NCBI RefSeq assembly: GCF_004010195.1
Contig: NC_057718.1
Span: forward strand, 84,479,446-84,543,445
Direction of reading: 5' to 3'
Length of the DNA: 64,000 nt
Origin: Chiloscyllium plagiosum
Taxonomy: Eukaryota
The notes beneath the pieces were generated by a model that saw only the letters and a program-made list of their open reading frames with translations, was not told where the DNA came from and did no database searches. A program made the position numbers and the translations under genes. This document shows positions 13,321-25,760 of this stretch, one piece after another. The number at the start of each line of letters is the position of its first letter. The first letter of the stretch is position 1.

Positions 13321-14423
13321 ACAGACAGGAGCCTGGAAGAACACAGCAAGCCAGGCAGCATCAGGAGGTGGAGAAGTCAACTTTTCTTTAGGACTGGGGG
13401 TAGATGTAGGGGGGGCTGCAGATAAAAGGGGTGGCGGGGACAGGGTGGTGAAGTGGAGATAGGTGAAGACAGGCTGAGGGTACAGCCTGGTTGGTCAATG
13501 GGAGGAATGAATCCGGTTGGTGGCTGGGAGCAATGGAAGGGAGAGGAGACGGGGGATGGGAAGGGAGGTTATTTGATATTGGAGAACTCAGTGTTGAGTC
13601 CTCCAGGCTGTAAGCTGCCCAGGTGGAGGATGAGGTATTGTTCCTCCAATTTGCAGTTTGGTTTGCTGTGGCAAGTGAGGAGGCCAACGATGGTCATGTC
13701 GGAAAGGGAGTGGGAAGAGGAACTAAAATGGACGGTGATTTGGAGGTCCAGTCAGCTCCTACGGGCCCAGCTGAGATGCTTGGTGAATCATTCCCTATAT
13801 TTACGAGTGGTCTCCCTGATGTAGAGAAGACCACATTGAGAGCACCTCATGCAGTAAACTAATTGGAAGAGAGGCAAGTGAGCCTCTGTCTCACCTGGAA
13901 GGACTGTTTGGGGCCCTGGATGGAGGTGACGGGGGTGGTGTACCAGCAGGTTTTGCATCTTTTCTGGTTGTAGGGGGAGGTACTTGGGGGTTCTGGAGAG
14001 TTGGTAGGGATAGTGTCGCAAACCAAGGATTGTTAAAGGGACCAGTCCTTGCGGAAGGCAGAGAGGGGTGGGGAGGGGACGATGTTCTTGATGGTGGGGG
14101 CTAGTTGGATTTGGTGCAAGTGTTTGAGGATGATGTATTGGATGCGGAGACTGGTGGGGTAGTAGGTGAGGACAAGGGAACTCTGTCTTTATTGCATTTG
14201 GAAGGGGTGGAATTTGAGCAGTGGAACGGGGAATGGATGTGGTATGGTGGAGAGTTGTCTGGATGATAGAGGGAGGAAAAGCACGTTGTTCGAAATAGAT
14301 GGACATCAGGGATGCTTGGGAGTGGACCTTCTCTATCTCTGATCTCCTGGCTTGCTGTGTTCTTCCAGCCACCTGCCTGTCTATTTTGGATTCCAATATC
14401 TGCAATTTTTTGTCTCCAACCAA
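13321..14423 (-). mobile_element. Penelope-like element 3' fragment (degenerate GIY-YIG endonuclease) with inverted terminal repeats
   Basis: Minus-strand VYCMRCSQCGLLYIRETT and LEEQYLILHLGSLQPGGLNTEF; 13322-13354 is the inverted complement of 14346-14382. Confidence 0.85.
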
Positions 14424-14844
14424 GCTTATTTCCCCTTTTACCAGTCACCCTGTGCCTCTGTACCCCATTTGTAAAATAAGACCATTCATGTTAAGGACAG
14501 AAACTGGGTCCATGTTTTCTGTCAATCTGTGTCTAAAAGTCAGGTTAATTGGGGAATTCTATGTATTTTTCCAAATCTTTTCTTGGTGTGACACTCTAGG
14601 AGTAGCAAGGTTTTATTTCCAGCATTCTATCCCAGTGAAGTCCGATCAGAGCAGCTAGACAGCTTTTTGAAATATTGAGGAGTTGACGGCTATGATAAGG
14701 TGGCACAAAAGAAGAGTTGAGGCCTGGGACTGATCAGCAATAATTTTGTTAAATATTAGGATAGGCTTGAAGGGTCAATGACCTACTCCTGCTCCTATTC
14801 TGATTTATTGTTTGTCTCTAACCAAACCTAAGTAGAATGAAAAG

Positions 14845-15665
14845 TTTTGTTTTGCATGCATTACAGGCAAATCATAACATACAAAGACATACAGATCATA
14901 GGGTGTTTAGGCAGCATTACAGCTGCACAGGAGGTGCACAAAAGCAAGATCAACATTAGATTTGATATTAGAGAGGTCCATTCACAAAACTACTAACAGC
15001 AGGGAAGAAGCTGTTCTTGAACCTGCTGGCATGTGTGTTTAAGCTTCTGTATCTTCTGCCTGATAGAAGAGACTATTACTGGGGTGGGAGGGCACTTTGA
15101 TGATGTTGGCAGCATTTCCATGGCAATGAGAATTTTAGATGGAGTCCATAGATGGGAGGTTAGCTTGCGTGATAATCTGGGGTGTGTACACGACTATCTG
15201 TAGTTTCATATGGTCTTGGGTAGGCTGGTTGCCATATCAAGCCATAATGCACCCAGATAGAGTCCTTTCTATGGTCATTTGTACGAGTTGGTGAGGATCC
15301 TTATGGACGTACTGTATTTCCCAAGCCTCCTGAGGAAAAAGAGGCATTGTCGTACCTTCTTAACCGTTGCATCTACATGGGAGGTTCAGGTTAGATAGTT
15401 GGTTATCGTCACTCCTAAGAACTTGACGCTCTTGACCCTCTCCACTTTAGCTCCATTGATCTATTATTTCTGAAGTCTTTAGTTTTTAGTTTTGCGGACA
15501 TTGAGGCAGAGATTGTTATCTTTGTACCATGACACCAAGCAGGCTATCTCCTTCCCATATTCTGACTTGTCATTGTTTAACAGCATATCTACAATGGTGG
15601 TGTCATCAACAAACCAGTAGCCATACAAAATTTGGCCACACTGACATGAGTGTACAGGGAGTGCA
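14845..15665 (-). mobile_element. Rex1/Babar-like LINE fragment
   Basis: FVDDTTIVDMLLNNDKSEYGKEIACLVSWYKDNNLCLNVRKTK, typical RT region following the ADD motif. Confidence 0.75.
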
Positions 15666-15934
15666 CTCCTATTTCCTATGTTCTTATATGTACCAAATCC
15701 AGCACAGATGTACAGAAAGCAAACCTCGAGTGGGCGAACATACTTATTGATGGCATGGAAAGTGGTCCAGTGCAAAAGACTCATTTTATGTTGGACCCAA
15801 TTACTCTTTTAATAGCAAAATATAGCATGCCATCATTAGATCCTGAAAACTAAGGTGAAATGGCACGAAGTCAAATTTCATTTTATTAAACTGTTAAACC
15901 ATTGCCAGCATTGAACACTACAGAATCAGTCAGA

Positions 15935-16289
15935 CTCCAGGGCATCAATGTGGACTTCACCAGTTTCCTCATTTCCCCTCTCCCCACCTTACCTCAGTTC
16001 CAACCTTCCAGCTCAGCACTGTCCTCATGACCAGTCCTATCTGCCAATCTTCCTTCCCACCTATCCGCTCACCCTCCCCTCTGACCTATCACCTCCATCC
16101 CCACCCCTCATTCACCTATTGTACTCTTTGCTACCTTATCCCCAGCCCCACCCGCACCCGCCATTTATCTCTCCATCCTGGAGGCTCACTGCCTCTATTT
16201 CTGATGAAGGGCTTTTGCCCAAAATGTCGATTTTCCTGCTCCTCGGATGCTGCCTGGCCTGCTATGCTTTTCCAGCAGCACTCTGATCT
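15935..16289 (+). mobile_element. PLE 3' fragment with degenerate hammerhead and 13-bp TSD
   Basis: QGINVDFTSF (GIY-YIG end), C-rich UTR, CTGATGAAGGGCTTTTGCCCAAAATGTC at 16201; TSD AGAATCAGTCAGA at 15922-15934 and 16290-16302. Confidence 0.8.
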
Positions 16290-16658
16290 AGAATCAGTCA
16301 GAGTTCAAATCTTCAACGCTCTCAACAAGAGTCAGCTCATCTGACAACTTGGAATCTGAGTAGACCAGTCTAAACCTCTATGGTATATTGTCAAAAGGAA
16401 CAACCAGGTATACCATTACGTTTATGCTGAGGGTAACATTTTGAAATGAGAACAAATAATTGAGTTGAAGTTTCTTAAAAAAGAGTGTGGTGGAATCGAT
16501 CACATCTTTCATAAATGAATTTGCCTTGCTAGTTACTGATTCAGAATGATTGTCAGGTATGATAAATAGCACAATAACGTGTTTCATTAGTCTCTGTCTC
16601 AGTTTGTCTAAACTATTAACAAATGTTGATTGTCTGTGAATGGTGTCTAATTTTTCAG

Positions 16659-16856
16659 GTACGATTTTGTCTGGGTTTACACTTCTGTGCTGTTCTGAAC
16701 CAGCAACACCCACAGGCCGCAAGACCAGTGATGAGATGATGGCCCTCGTGTGCCTGAATGTTTGGGTGGGAATCTCACAGCTTTTCACTGTCCCCTTCCT
16801 CTTGGTGGGCTGGTTATGGAGCATAACCTGGGGAGTGATGATGATTAACCTATCCT
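16659..16856 (+). CDS. stum-like: stum/SPEC3-family protein, second coding exon
   Basis: tttttcag|GT...CCT|gtaagt, phase 1-1; TILSGFTLLCC...LNVWVGISQLFTVPFLLVGWLWSITWGVMMINLS matches STUM TFVSAFTVLCG...[32 protein letters not shown]. Confidence 0.92.
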
Positions 16857-17615
16857 GTAAGTACTTGCCTGTGACTATAAGTCTTTGGTGATTCACCATA
16901 ACAAGGGATCTATTTCTATTATTCTCTTCTCCTAAAAGTACTGATTCATGCTGAACTATGATCCATCATTGAGTCATAGAGATGCACTTCATCTTCAGTC
17001 CTTTATGTATGAGCTTAGGCAGTATTTAATCACTGGTCTGTCACACCCAAATCCTATCATGTTCTGTGCCAGTCAATACCCAGGAGTGGATATCCAAGTT
17101 AATCTGTTTCCATTTTCTAGATGACTGTTTTCATCTTCCCCTCAGCCCATCTAACTATACATTAAAATCAGGGACAACTTCCTTTCAAAGATGTTCTTCA
17201 TTAACTTCCTCATGAACAAATATAAAAGAAGAAACAAAACAGGCAATTCTTTGCAACACTTTCCACCCATTGTTGTACCTATTCTGAATCAAAGCAGACT
17301 GCTAGGAGACCACATGTGTGGGAGCAGTTGAGAGAGATGGAAATGAAGGGTTGTGTAGTGGTATAAAGAACAGAGCACATATCTGGAATAAATAGTTTTT
17401 CTTCATTCATACTCTCCCATATTGTTACAACTTAACTTCTAGAATGGCACTAAATATGCTGCAAATTAGCTTAATATCTCTCGATAAAACAGCTAAATTG
17501 GAAACTCATAGATTGAAGAGAGCACACAGAAACCTGAACTTCATCAGCCAAAGGCACTGTACACTGGTATGCCAATGCAATGTGTTAAGGCCTCCTGGAA
17601 GTTAATATTTCTTAA

Positions 17616-18215
17616 TATTTTTTATTTCAAAAATATACTTTATTCATAAAATTATTTGGGTCTCTTTACAATTGGTCATGTCATTCTTGTGCACACATTA
17701 CATTACTTTACATACAGACATCAAAATTTATTTTTCCTATATACAAGTCTGTACATTTACTATCCAGCTCTTCTGCTGAGGTGTCAGCAGAGCCCAAATG
17801 ACTGGGTGGGCCCCCTGTTCTTCTTAGGCAGGCAGATGTTACGTGGTGGTCTTTCCCCACCTCGCCTTGGCAGCAGCTGCCTCAAGCTTCAGCGCATCCC
17901 TCAATACGTAGTCCTGGACCTTGGAATGTGCCAGTCAGGGTCAACTCCTTCAGCTGGAAGATCAACAGGTTTCGGACCGCTCAGAGAGTGTCCTTCACCG
18001 AGTTGATGATCCTCCAGGCACAGTTGATGTTCGTCTCGATGTGCATCCCGGGGAAACAGACCGTAGAGCAAGGAGTCCCGCGTCACGCGCTGCTCAGGAC
18101 GAACCTCGACAAACACCACTGCATTCCTCTCCAGACTTCTTCTGCATAGGCACATTCCAGAAGGAGGTGTGTGACAGTCTTGTCCCCCCTACAGCCACTT
18201 TGAGGGCAGCGTGCA
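17616..18215 (-). mobile_element. Tx1-clade LINE 3' end (ORF2 C-terminal zinc-finger region plus 3' UTR)
   Basis: Minus-strand TVTHLLLECAYAEEVWRGMQWCLSRFV and SLLYGLFPGMHIETNINCAWRIINSVKD; AATAAA and A-rich tail. Confidence 0.85.
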
Positions 18216-18759
18216 GTGCAGAAGATAGTCTAGATGTGCATAATATTGCTTAATGTCCTCCCCCTCCTCCTAAACTACCTGCTGGAATCCAATCCCAATG
18301 GAAGCCATGGTTCAAAGTTAACACACTAGCACCTTTGTCAGAATGTTGTGAGCTTAAAATGTCAGATATTTTGCGTATTTTACAAAGAGGAGCAGGGAAA
18401 TTCTTTCCTCTGCCCAGGCAAATATTTATCTCTCAATCAAAACCTAAAAGCAAATTTTTTGATTATTATATTGTTTGTTTATGTGCATGTAAATTGGCTG
18501 CAGCTTTTCCTGTTTTATATTGGTGTTAAAATGCTTTGCATATCCTGAGGTCATAAAAGGCACTTTAGACATGAAAGTCATTCTTTTTCATTTACCAATA
18601 CAAGTGTGAATAGATAAATTGGTTGGTTGTTCAACAATGTCACTGAACACCAGGCTACCCTCAGGAGGAAACCATAGATATGAAATGTCTATAACATTTA
18701 TAATTCATCTTCTATCTTCCCAGGGCCTACTACATACAAAGCAGAAGTCAAGAATAATG

Positions 18760-19240
18760 AAATACTCTCAATTTTCCCCAATGGTGTAGCTCCAATGCTC
18801 AAGAAACCAACACCATCTAGAGTGCAGCCTACTTGATTAGCACTCTATCCACCATCTTCAACAGTAACTCCCTTCACCAATGATATACTTAGGTAACAGT
18901 GTATACCCTTTACAAGGTGCAGTGCAATAACCCACAAAATCTCCTCCAACAGCACTTCCAAACTTATAACCTGAACTACCTAGATGGACAAGGGCAGCAG
19001 ATGTATGGGAACACCACCATCTGCACATTCCCAACCAAACTACATAGCATCTCCACTGTATAACAATTCATTCACTGCCACTGGGTGAAATCCTGGAACT
19101 TCCTTCCTAAAAGCACTGTGGGTGTCCCTAAATCCCAAGCACTGCAACAGTTCAAAAAGGCAGCTCACCATCACCGTCTCCAGGGCAATTAGAGATAGAC
19201 AATAAATTTTTGCCCAGCCAACACCCTCATCCCAGATGTC
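18760..19240 (+). mobile_element. CR1/L2-group LINE 3' fragment
   Basis: Tail GGGCAATTAGAGATAGACAATAAA is shared with the SINE at 54610-54915 and with minus-strand copies near 58320. Confidence 0.55.
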
Positions 19241-20053
19241 CCTCACACCTGGCATCTATTTAGTCAATGTTTGCTTGTCCCTTCTACAGAGCCTTTATGT
19301 CTTTGAGGATTAAAATCTTTTCTGTAAGTTTCTTCTTGCATCTGGGCTACCATGTTTGTTTCAAGTTCCCTATTTAAGTCTCCAAGTGCGTGTTTGTGGA
19401 CATTACAATTGACTGTATTTATTTAATCAATAAAATCTGGGGTAATGCAAATTCAATGCAAATCAAGTGTTAGTCATGGAGCTATATCATGTCCTTCTAC
19501 AGACGACTTAGAGCATACGTTGTAAAAAGGTGAGACCGAAACTGTGAAACTGGTTTTAATTTCTAAACTTACACATTACCCTAGATATCTCACAAATTAT
19601 ATTGGATGGGAAGGGTGAAGAGGCAGAACTTCCTTACATTGTCCAATAGTTGATCCCAAAGGCATTTCCCAGAGTTGGGAATAATTTGAATATCCAGCGA
19701 TAGCTCTCTGCCCTGTTGGAGAGAATAGAATATAACACAGCTCTGTGCTACACTGATACACCTTTATTCCAATTCAAGGCAACTAAAAAAAGTCAATTTT
19801 TAAAATCTTTTTGGGTCAGCCAATGAGCATCTGCTGAAGAGATGCAGACTTATTTAAGTTTGAAATGTGGGTTGAAGATGTTCTCTTACTGGACAAATTC
19901 TCTTGAGACTATGAGGAGATAACTAGATGGAATTTCTAGTGTAGAAAGAAGGACTTGACTTGAGTTCAGTGTCTTTTACAATCAGAGGTCATTCTAGAAC
20001 ACTGCACAGCCAGTGAAATTATTTAGATAGCTAGTCACTTGTAATAAGTTGAA

Positions 20054-20254
20054 CTGAAAATGTGTTGCTAGAAAAGCGCAGCAGGTCAGGCAGCATCCAA
20101 GGAGCAGGAGAATCGACGTTTCGGGCATGAGAAGGGCTGAAGAAGGGCTCATGCCCGAAACGTCGATTCTCCTGCTCCTTGGATGCTGCCTGACCTGCTG
20201 CGCTTTTCCAGCAACACATTTTCAGCTCTGATCTCCAGTATCCTCACTTTCTCC
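20054..20254. mobile_element. Fold-back PLE derivative (family B) with 14-bp TSD and intact hammerhead core
   Basis: TSD TGTAATAAGTTGAA at 20040-20053 and 20255-20268; about 78-bp near-perfect inverted arms; CUGAAGA-A-GGGC-UCAU-GCCC-GAAA-CGUC at 20137-20164. Confidence 0.85.
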
Positions 20255-20809
20255 TGTAATAAGTTGAAACCAATTTGTTCACTGGAAGCCTTTACAAACA
20301 GTAATCTGATAATGCACCAGATAATTTTTTTTATGCTAATAGTAGAGGGATAAATATTGGTCAAGATATAAGGAATTGCTCCATTGCTCATTCAAATACA
20401 GCCTGTGATCTTTTCCATTCAGTGAAGATGGAAGCATAGTTCAATATCTCATCTGAGAGACAGTATCTCCAATAATGCAGAATTCCCTCAGTAGCACTTT
20501 GGTTGACCTGGGCCTTTATGCTTAAACTCTCAAGTGGGACTGGAGTCCAGAAATAGTCCCACACATGCTTTAATGTAATGTGTCTAGGCAGCAGCCTGCC
20601 CTAAATCAAGCTACTACAAACATATCAAAGGCAGAAGTCTGTTGCAGAACTGCTTCCCTTCCTCCTGCAAACTGGAATTTCTACTCTAATGTAAAGGGCT
20701 GACAGAAAAATAAATGGATGTGCCTTGTTCAGTGGTTTTTTTTAGATTTGCAGGTATTTCCTTTTTCCTCCATGGCGTAACTGATTCTCTTTTAGCAACA
20801 GATGTAATG

Positions 20810-22450
20810 CTAATTACATAGGCATAAGGGTAGAGTTGGCTGGAGTGAGCTGGGAAAGGAGTTTAAAGGAAGTTTAGAGGGGTTTTGATGAACAATGATA
20901 AACATCTTTTAAAAAAAAGTCATGACTCCACAGCAAAAATATATTCTAGTGAGGAAGAAAGATTCTAGAAAGGGGATAATCTGACCATGGTTAACCAGGA
21001 AATTCAGCATCAAATGGAAAGCAAAAGCATGCAGATGGCAAATATTAATATCAAATCAGAGGACTGCGTAAATTTTAAAAGCCAACAAAAGATTATTAAT
21101 AAAACAGGTAAAATTAACTGTGAAGTCAAACTAGCAAATAACATAAAAAAGACAGTAAGAGCTTCTTTAGATATATAAAAATGAAGCGAGAGGCAACAGT
21201 AATGATAAGCCCCTTATAAAGCAAAGCTGTGGAAATAATAATGGAGAGCCAGGAAATGTGTCACACTACTATGGCTTAAAGAGGTTTACTTTGTCCTTTT
21301 TCTAATGAAGAGAGGTTGAGACAGAGGTACTGGGTAGTTTTCTTCAAGCCAACAAATTATACAGTTTATGAGAATTGGGCTTGTTTAAAAAAATAGAACA
21401 ATAGAAGCAGCCTGAATGGGTGGGGTCAAGTTCCCACAGAAACTGAATTTTTAGTTTATCTTTTGGTAGTTGACTGCTGGGGTCTTGAAGCTGGATGTTG
21501 AAGCTCTTATCCTTTCTCTGTTACGGCTAAAAGCTGGGGCTCGCTTCCTGCTGCTAGAATTGCATGTGAGATAATCTATTTTACTGAGTTTGCTTTTTGC
21601 CAAGGATGTGCTTCTGGGATGTTACAATATTGAAACAATTAATGAATAGTTTCTTATTTTGTTAAGTATTTTGATAGAGATACAGTTAAGCCAAACCTTC
21701 TCTTTGAATTTTACCTGTATATTAACTATAGTGTACAAATAAAGCATCTTTTGCTTCAAACCTGATAGTTTGACCATTCAAATTGCATCTTGAATACAAC
21801 GCCTGGCACTTGCCATTAAAGTAATAAGTTGGGGTCCATGTTATCTCCATGACATGTTTTGAGGGGGTTTGATCTGGTCCCTAACAAATGGCAATATAGT
21901 TAAATAAATACTTTGTATCAGTCTTTACAATAGAGGGTGCTAATAGCAGTCTGAAAATACTAAATAATCAAGGAGTTAAAAGTGGTGGGGTGATGGTTGG
22001 AAGTAGACAAAATAATTCCCTCAAGAGAAAAATTATTAGGAAAAATAATAGAGTTGAAGACCGCTAAGTCCCTCAGACCTGATGGGTTGCATCCTAGGAT
22101 TTTAAAGGAAGTAGCTACAGAGATGCACTGGCAGTGATTTTTCAAGAGAGATCCCAGAGAGAGAGAGAGAGAGACCAAAGAAAAACAGCTATCTATTGGC
22201 CATTTAGCTTAACATTGTCATTGGGAAAATTTTAGACTATATCATGAAGCATTCAAAAATATAATATTTAGAAACATAATATAATCAAGCAGATTCAACA
22301 TGGCTTCATGAAGGAGAAATTTAATTTTGCCTGACAAGTGTATTTATTTCTTTGAGGAGGTAACAAACAGGGTAGATAAAGGAGAAGCAGATTAATATAA
22401 TATATTAATTCCTAAATTTTGACAAGGTACCACACATGAGACTATTTAGT
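20810..22450 (+). mobile_element. Degenerate CR1 ORF2 fragment interrupted by a solo LTR
   Basis: KSLRPDGLHPRILKEVATE and IIKQIQHGFMKEK motifs. Confidence 0.75.
21259..21886 (+). mobile_element. Solo LTR (628 bp)
   Basis: TGTCA...TAACA termini, 4-bp TSD AATG (21255-21258, 21887-21890), AATAAA near 21738; the CR1 sequence resumes after it. Confidence 0.85.
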
Positions 22451-22748
22451 AAATAACTTACCCTTTATAAAGCCAATACAATAAGCATCTCACTGATTGA
22501 TCAAGTAATCCCCTCAGCATGAAAACAATCTCAGCCACTAAGTCCTTCAAAACTCTGCCATCCTCAGAGTTCAACTCCTATTCTTCTCACAGAATTTGGT
22601 CATTGAGTTGCCTCCACTAGCAGCTTTACTTATCTTTACTTTACAGACATGGTTGTCTCCACAAGGGCGTACTTCTGCAGAAACTCCTTGGCTTACCTCA
22701 TGATAGTGTTTACAGTATGGATTCTGCAGGATCACCTTTATCCAAATA

Positions 22749-22965
22749 CAGTCAGTTCTTCAATTCATGATGGTTGCATTCTTGTGCAACCCCGCATTAT
22801 AGAATAATTGTGCTTTAGAAACAGCACTTAAAGTATTAGCGCTGTAACTGCATTGCAGCTATGCACGCTTTAAAAGTTCATGCTGTAGAAACAGCATCCC
22901 CAATTCATCAATCGTGTTACAGCAAATTCATATTGATGAAAAGCGCGTTATAACAGAACAAGCTG
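22749..22965. mobile_element. Tc1/mariner-Tigger-type MITE
   Basis: TA|CAGTCAGTTCT...AGAACAAGCTG|TA: imperfect TIRs with TA flanks. Confidence 0.6.
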
Positions 22966-23179
22966 TACTCAGAAAAAACACCAGCCCTGGTTAATCAGTT
23001 CCTTTAAAACTGAAGCAGCAATAGTAACTTCATTTCATTTTCTTTGCTGCTAAATCCATCCTTGTTGGAAACCTGAAACAAACACAGAGATTGCTGAAGA
23101 AACTCAGCAGGTCTGTCAGCTCGAGAGAGAAACAGAATTAAGTTTTTGAGCCCAGTATGACTCTTCATCAGTACTTCAG

Positions 23180-25760
23180 TTCTTACATGTTCTTTAAAAA
23201 GGTAATTTGAATAGAGAGAAACTTCAGAGGGCTTTGATACCTAAGGATCTAGGTGTCCTCTTCTATGTGTTGCACAAAGCTAGTCTGCAGGCACAGTAGG
23301 TAATAGGGAGGACAAATAGAATTGAGGCATTAGTTGTGAAACAAATAGAGTATAAACGTCGGAACGTGTTGTTGCAACTGTACAAGACATCGGTGAGATG
23401 CATCCATAGCACTATACAGAGTTTTAGGCCTATTACTAGAGGAAGGCTGTAATTGCATTGGAAGCAGTTCAAAGAAGGCTCATTAGATTAATTCCAGAGA
23501 TGAAAGATTTGGTTCGATTTGATTTGTTATTGTCATGTGTTGTGTGCACTGAAATCGAGTCAAAGAGTATTAGGGTAATAGAACAGATAGAAGAAAATAA
23601 TGGTAAAACGTGCACAGGGAATGAGATTCAAGTTTAGGCATGAGTTCAAAGTGAGAGGGGAAAAGCTTAGGGGAGAAATTTGTGGGAAGTTCTTTACTCA
23701 GAGGGTGGTGGGTGCCTGGAACTCGTTGCCAGTCGAGGTGGTAGAGGCAGGCACGATAACGTCATTTAAATTGTATATAGACAGATACATGTATGTGCAG
23801 GGAGCAAAGGGATACAGACCCTTTGAAAATAGGCAACAGGTTCAGATAAAAGATCTGGATCGGCGCAGGCTTGGAGGGTCGAAGGGCCTGTTCCAGTGCT
23901 GTAATTTTCTTTGTTCTTTGTTCTTGTATGAGATCAACATTAAATTTAAAATTTGAGAAATCCATTAACAGCAAGGAAGAAGCTGTTTTTCACTTGTATT
24001 TGTATAAAAAACTTTTATATCTTAGCTCGATGGAAGAGGGTGGAAGAGAGTGTAAGAGTGTAACTGGGGTGGGAGGGGGCTTTGATTATGTTGGTTGCTT
24101 TGCCAAGGCAGCAGGAAGTATAGATGGAGTAAATGGATGGAAGGCTGGTTTACGTGATGGACCAGACCGTGTTCACGACTCTCTTGAGGTCTTGGGAACA
24201 GCAGTTGCCGAACCTCGCTGTGATACTTTCAATTAGAATGCTTTCTATGGTACATCTATAAAAATTGGTAAGGGTCCTTGTGGACATGTCAAATTTCCTT
24301 AGCCTCCTGAGAAAGTAGAGACATTATTGTGCTTCTTTGACCATTGTGTCAATATGGGTAGACCAGGACAGATTGTTGGTGATTACCATTCCCAGGAGCT
24401 TAACGTTTTCAACCATCTCCACCTCTGCTCCATTCATGCAGACAAGGGAGTGCCCTCCAATTCACTTCCTGAAGCCAATGACCAGCTTCTTTGTTTTGCT
24501 GACATTGATGCAGAGATTGTTGCCTTTACACCATGCCACTAACCACTCAATCTCTTTCCTGTATTCTGTCTCATCGTTGTTTGAGATCCACCCTACAATG
24601 GTGGTGTCATCAGCAGACTTCCAAATGGTGTTTGGCCACATAGTCATGAGTGTTTAAGGAGTATAGTAGGGAGCTGAGTATGCAGCTTTGTAGGGCACTC
24701 ATGTTTAAATAATGGTGAGGTAAAAACAATGATTGCAGAAGCTGGAAACCAGATTTTGGATTAGTGGTGCTGGAAGAGCACAGCAGTTCAGGCAGCATCC
24801 AAGGAGCAGCGAAATCTGCCTGAACTGCTGTGCTCTTCCAGCACCACTAATCCAGAATTTAAATAATGGTGGTCTAATGTTTGTTTTGTGAGGAGAGATT
24901 GAGTAGTTTAGGACTATACTCACTAGAATTTAGAAGGATGAGAGGAGATCTAATTGAAATGTATAAAATGTTAAGGGGGATTGACAAAGTAACGTAAAGC
25001 AGTTGTTGCCCTTTGTGATGCAATCTAGAATCAGAGGTCATAGTTTTAGGCTCAGCGGTGACAGATTTAAGACAAAGATGCAGAATCATTACGTCTGCCA
25101 AAGGCTCATGAATCTGTGGGACTCACTATCCCACAGTGCAGTGGAATGCCAGGACCGTAAATAAATTTAATGAAGAAATAGATTTTTAATTAGTATTGCA
25201 TTAAAGGGATACAGAGTGTTGGCAGGAAAGTGGAGTTCATTAGATATAGGAGCAGAATTAGGCCATTTGGCCCTTCAAGTCAGTTCCATCATTCGATTAT
25301 GGCTGATATGCTCCTCACGCTCATTTTCCTGCCTTCTCTCCATAATCCTTCAATCAGTTATCAATTAAAAGTCTGTGTAACTTCTCCATAAATTTACTCA
25401 CTGTCCCATCATCCACCTCACTTTGGGGTAGTGAATTCCACAGATTCACAACCCTTTTGGAGAAGTAGTTTCTCCTCAACCCTGTTTTAAATTTGCTACC
25501 TCTTATCCTAAGACTATGACCCTCTTGTCCTAGAATGCCCCACAAAAAGAAGCATCTGCCCCATGTCTATTTTATCCAAATCTTTTATTGTCTTGAATAC
25601 CTCAATTTGATCTTCCATCATTCTTCTAAATTCCAGAGAGTATACGCCTAAAATTGGGGCCGAGATGAGATCAGCCACATTGTATTAAATGGTGGAGCAG
25701 CTCAAAGGACTAAGTTGCCTACTCCTGCTCCTAGATCTTACGTTTCTATGTTTCTTATGT
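23180..25760. mobile_element. Nested LINE cluster: + strand CR1 interrupted by a Rex1/Babar fragment (about 23925-24700, minus), a second CR1 tail (about 23645-23925, +) and an inverted CR1 (about 25237-25655, minus)
   Basis: FFTQRVVGAWNSLP, ADDTTIVGWISNNDETEYRKEIEWLVAWC and FSKRVVNLWNSLPQ motifs. Confidence 0.75.
24718..24857. mobile_element. Short fold-back PLE derivative with 14-bp TSD
   Basis: TTTAAATAATGGTG at 24704-24717 and 24858-24871; about 40-bp perfect inverted arms (TGGATTAGTGGTGCTGGAAGAGCACAGCAGTTCAGGCAG). Confidence 0.8.

Noticed and set aside
16378..16899. 173-aa minus-strand ORF
   Set aside because: Antisense shadow of stum-like exon 2 plus intron sequence.
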